The notes beneath the pieces were generated by a model. That model made no database searches, had not been told where the DNA came from, and worked only from the letters and a program-made list of their open reading frames with translations. A stretch of DNA of 63,892 bases, filler included, from Nemertoderma westbladi (Eukaryota; Animalia; Xenacoelomorpha), in assembly GCA_032718475.1 (NCBI GenBank). It is 4 parts of 4 records of this genome, joined end to end, with 100 filler letters (N's around TTAATTAATTAA, not from the genome) between each part and the next. Parts side by side here need not be neighbours in the genome. Positions count along the whole stretch, not along the records: positions 57,954 to 63,892 come from JAUCBJ010004263.1; 3 more parts are not named here. One strand, 5' to 3'. Numbering within the stretch: position 1 is the stretch's first letter; each line of letters begins with the position of its first letter. Below are positions 59,524 through 63,892 of this stretch, piece by piece. The position numbers were made by a program, and so were the translations under genes.

Positions 59524-61159
59524 CAGTAGGGAACATATGCTTAAATAAGCAGTACGGGTCGCACTTCTTATTTACAGATCGCACTGCTTATTTAGGCAGT
59601 TTTACTCTAACTTTTGTGTTGTTTTGATGGTTTGACAGGTAGCAAATCAAAAGGGCCCCAATTTTTCTCCTCCAATGGGAACGTTTGTATAGGCCTACCG
59701 CAAGTCATATTTTGAAATCAGCAATAATTAATTATGTCGTGTAGAAGTCAATATAATAGGCTTCTACTATGAAGCAGTAGTTCCAATATCTCCTGGAATA
59801 CTTTCTGACGAGTCGCACTTCCTAAATAAGAGTTTTGGCTTGTTTAAATAAACAGTGCGATCTTAACCAAGTTTATAGCTACTTCTTAAATAAGCAGTGC
59901 GGGGTTGTTGTAACCTCTAGTTAATGGTAGACCTATCTCTTAAATAAGCAGTGCCCCAATAAGTTGTTAAAGGGTCATGATTCATTATCAGTCTAACCGA
60001 CTTAATTCCAGTTTTCTTAGGCCTAATATGATAATTAAGACTGCGTTTCTTAAACCCAGCACCTAGCCTAATACAGTAAAGTAAAATAATACTTTTCTGA
60101 TTTTATTTTTAATGGATAAAGAGACTGACCAAGAAGAACGGGATCTTCAAATACCGGAAGAGGAAGAACAACAACCTCAACAAAGCGATGGAATTCTTGA
60201 GGCGGAAATTCAGGAGTCAATATCGAACATCCTCTCGAGCGTTAGTGGAACAGTAGGCCTATATGATCCGGGACTTTAAGATTTGAAGGTCAGAATGAGT
60301 GGCTGTACCACTTTCAGCAGCTGGTGTTGGAATTGAGAAAACTGCCGCATCTACGTCTGAGTCAATTTCAGTATGAATTTGAGATCTTGACAATTCATAA
60401 CATTTATCACAAACAAATTTGTTACGTGTTGAAATCTTTCTATTCATTATCATATACTTGATCACAGTTTTCTGAAATCTTCCATGAGTTTTCGAAGAAC
60501 TTAAATTAATAAGTCCAGTGGTACCAGAACACGACCCACACTGCTTCTTAAATTTTGGTTTTGTCGAGGCTTCGCTTTCAGGGGGTGTTTCATCCATTAT
60601 TACAATTTACAAGCAATGGGCGACTCACATATACATTAGTATTACCGGTACAGGCTGACAGGTTTATTTGATACACATAATTTAACTATTTTAGTCAGAT
60701 AGGTTCATAGGTATGAGTGAGTAGATAAAAAAACGAGTGAGTAGATAAAAAACTGCTTCTTTAAGAAGTAACCGGAAGTTATAACAACCCCGCACTGCTT
60801 ATTTAAGAAGTAACTACAAACTTGGTTAAGATCGCACTGCTTATTTAAACAAGCCAAAACTCTTATTTAGGAAGTGCGCCTCGTCAGAAAGTATTCCAGG
60901 AGATATTGGAACTACTGCTTCATAGTAGAAGCCTATTATATTGACTTCTACACGACAGAATTAATTGCTGATTTCAAAATATGACTCAGGGTATACAAAC
61001 GTTCCCATTGGAGGAGAAAAATTGGGGCCCTTTTGATTTGCTACCTGTCAAACCATCAAAACAACACAAAAATTAGAGTAAAACTGCCTAAATAAGCAGT
61101 GCGATCTGTAAATAAGAAGTGCGACCCGTACTGCTTATTTAAGCATATGTTCCCTACTG
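59524..61159. mobile_element. 1.64-kb non-autonomous DNA transposon with ~390-bp TIRs and 5-bp TSD
   Basis: CAGTAGGGAACATATGCTTAAATAAGCAGTACGGG...; TIRs at 59524-59914 and 60778-61159; CCAGC on both flanks; repeated GCACTGCTTATTT sub-motif. Confidence 0.88.
60259..60597 (-). pseudogene. Truncated N-terminal CxxC...CxxC zinc-finger ORF inside the TIR element
   Basis: MDETPP...QCGSC-x39-VCDKCY, 112 aa. Confidence 0.55.
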
Positions 61160-61911
61160 CCAGCCCGTGTAGAGAGAGGTGATAATAAATAGTCAAATAA
61201 ATACAGAAATACAGGTAATCAGGTAATGTGATAATGATTAGGCAAAGGCATTGATGCCTAACGCTAATACCAGAACACAGTAACATAATAATGCAGTCAG
61301 CACTATCAGCAGTAATCTGGTAATGTAATGCCTAACGCAGTAGTGCAATGCAAATACCACATACTGAATAATCACTACATTACCGCACCAGTACCAGAGT
61401 ACTGCTGTACTGAAATAGAAGTGCACTGGTTGGCACTTAGAATTTTCGACTGAAACATTGGCCATTTTTGAAAATACCACAATTTTATAAACCTTACCAA
61501 TGAAATCAGCACATTCTAAAACATCAGTAGCCAAATTATACAGCCAAATTACCAGTTTTGGCTATTTGAAAATTTCGAGCTACTTGTCATTTTGGTGCTC
61601 TTTTAGTGTCTATTATAAAATAAACAATGTAGATTGTATTCTAATTTCGCTTTCAATTACTAATAATTAATTCGACTAACCAAAAAAGCATAATATGGTT
61701 TAATGGTTGGTTATACCAAAGTCTTGAAGGGTGATGCTTGTATTTTGAGTAATTTTATCAATTCCGAAAAGTGCTGATATTGTATGGGTGCCAGGAACTC
61801 CTCATATCTCGAAAACTACTGGAGCTATTAAATTTTTATTTGTCCCTTCTGAAAGAGGACATAATTTTAGTTAGGGACAAGATACTTTCGACGCGTTAGA
61901 CCTATTGTTTC

Positions 61912-62150
61912 CAGATAGGGGGGGAAACTGGACGCAATAAAAATTCATCCCTCTCCAGGGGAAATTCGACGCAAATAACAGCTGATTACGCTCAAAAATA
62001 AAACTGTAATCTGTTCTATTTTGCTTAGTTTATTGTTTTAGTTAAAATAACGTGCCACAGTAACCTGCTCCTTTCCCTAAATTGAGAATTTAACATTGAG
62101 GCGGGATATTAATTCGCCAAGCCAGTCCCCCCCCCCCCCCCCCCCCCTGT
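61912..62150. mobile_element. ~250-bp foldback element with shared core (copy 2)
   Basis: Aligns along its length with 58177-58430. Confidence 0.75.
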
Positions 62151-62910
62151 CTCATTGTTTCAGGGGTTGTATCTAAGATAAATAACTTTAATCTATATCT
62201 ATGTACTGTAGTATATGTATATGTAGTATCAATAGTAGGTCATGCCTCTACAAATCTTAATGAGATTGCATGAAATTTGAAACAGAGATAGTTTCACGCA
62301 ACTCCTCGTTGGTGGGTGAATCAGAACTTTTATATTTGCTCTGATTTTTTAGTGTTTAAGTGTTTATAAAAGGTGTCTCCATCGATATTGCTCCAGTTAG
62401 ACCTTTTGCTTAAATTATGAGATATTTATAGATTTTTTAAATCTTCAGAATGTTTATTAAATACATGGGGATTGTTTCTATTTATAGCTCAAGCCACTAT
62501 GGAACACAACTACCTAGAACAATCAAAAAATAACTCAAAGGTGTTCTAGAATAAAAACGTTGGCTTTATAGCTAACCAACTTTGGTAAATGAATGACCTA
62601 CTTCAAGTTTTGAAAAACTATTAATTAATTTTATGATAGCATTCTTAATCCTCCATTTTCTATAAACGTTGTCACATTATTCTTGAACGTTTAGATATGT
62701 TAAAATATATCATTGATAGCAATGCTAGCTAAATTGAAACAGACTTAATGTGGGTTGTGAAGCAATTTGAAGCATTTTGTTACTTTATGTCAACTTAACA
62801 GCGTTCTGGTGAATTACTCGTAACGCTGCAAAGTACTACTTTACAGCGTTGCGGCCAATAGGACGGAACGCTGCAAAGTAATCAACGACATGGAAACAAC
62901 TTCAATTCTA

Positions 62911-63490
62911 CTAGTAGGATCGGCATGCTGCAATGCAGCTGCATTTTTTAGGATGCTGTGCCGGCTTATCGACAAAATTGCACCGCCACAACTCCCTATC
63001 ACCCATGACATTTGCTAGATCATCCGCATCTTCAAGGCCAGTGTCCTTTAAGATGCGTCTCAAGAAAGTCATGGGCTGTCCACCATGCTTATTCACTCCT
63101 TGAGGCTGCCAAAGTACAAGATTATGCACTGGCTGGTCCTCACGGCGAAAGCAATGTCCTGCAAAGCGGAGGCGATTTTGTTCTAGTGTCAAGCTTGGGG
63201 GAACCAATGAGACACCTCCAATGTTATATAGTGTCTGGTTGGAGATGTGTGCATTGTACTTGACACAATGAACCCGGCGTAGCATTCTTGTGAATGTGCC
63301 ATCCAGAGATTTGGTGTCCTCAGCAGTTAGAGCCCAGCATGGACTCCCATAGAGGAGTACTGGAACTACTGCTGCTCTAAATACTCGGACCTTAAGTTTC
63401 CGATTAATTCTCGGTGCCTTCCAAATCCTGGAAAGCCTATTCCACGCTGCCCATGCCTTTCCCTTACGTATTCGAAGGTCCGATGCTCAT
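62911..63490 (-). mobile_element. 5'-truncated LINE, ORF2 C-terminus (RTE-like)
   Basis: DLRIRKGKAWAAWNRLSRIWK..RVFRAAVVPVLLYGSPCWALTAEDTKSLDGTFTRMLRRV...RLRFAGHCFR...DRELWR; open frame to the stop. Confidence 0.9.
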
Positions 63491-63892
63491 CCGATCAGAG
63501 ACTTGCTGAGGAATTTCAAAGTTAACTGTCAAAATTTTGGTCTTTCTGGAGTTAATAAAAAGACCAACACTAGAAGCAGCATGTTCTAATTCGGGACTAG
63601 CTACTGTATGTAAATAATTGTTTAACGTATACTGTAATCCACTATGGCAAAACGTCCAATAGAAGACACTTTAAAGAAATGATTTGAATTGCAGTAACTA
63701 TGGAAGCAATATTATAGTAAAATACTACAGTTCTTTCAATTTATTTTGTAACACTATATCGCTCTATAGTTTATTAAAGAATTGAGCAACAAAAAAAGTA
63801 CCGGTACCAATTTAAAAATAAAATTACGTATTACATGGGAAAAAAAGTAAAACATTTTTTTTCATTATTAACTAGTCCCTTTATTAACCACA

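Overview
AT-rich, repeat-dense invertebrate-animal-like genomic DNA (GT-AG introns, SINEs, LINEs). It consists of four contigs joined by artificial 100-nt linkers (N44-TTAATTAATTAA-N44 at 20170, 28816 and 57854), so adjacency across those points is not evidence. Host genes: an intronless 1276-aa xanthine dehydrogenase/aldehyde oxidase-family gene with a remodelled substrate pocket (7914-11744); an orphan calcium-binding EGF exon (23199-23321); a two-exon TTC17-like gene (40908-42810); and the first two exons of an LRRIQ3-like gene. The LRRIQ3 exons occur twice because of a 5070-bp tandem duplication. Mobile DNA: a decayed Sola1 transposon nested in a TTAA-flanked piggyBac-like element, RTE-like LINE fragments, tRNA-derived SINEs, many foldback/MITE elements and a 1.6-kb long-TIR element with a 5-bp TSD. 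Most notable: (1) a 28-bp satellite that is the LRRIQ3 exon/intron junction amplified about 320 times; (2) a 205-bp TSD-flanked insertion carrying an intact minimal hammerhead ribozyme inside a perfect 49-bp inverted repeat; (3) a phase-compatible LRRIQ3-TTC17 chimeric gene structure created by the duplication; (4) a 44-bp satellite amplified from LINE coding sequence. All protein and family assignments come from motif recognition, not database searches.
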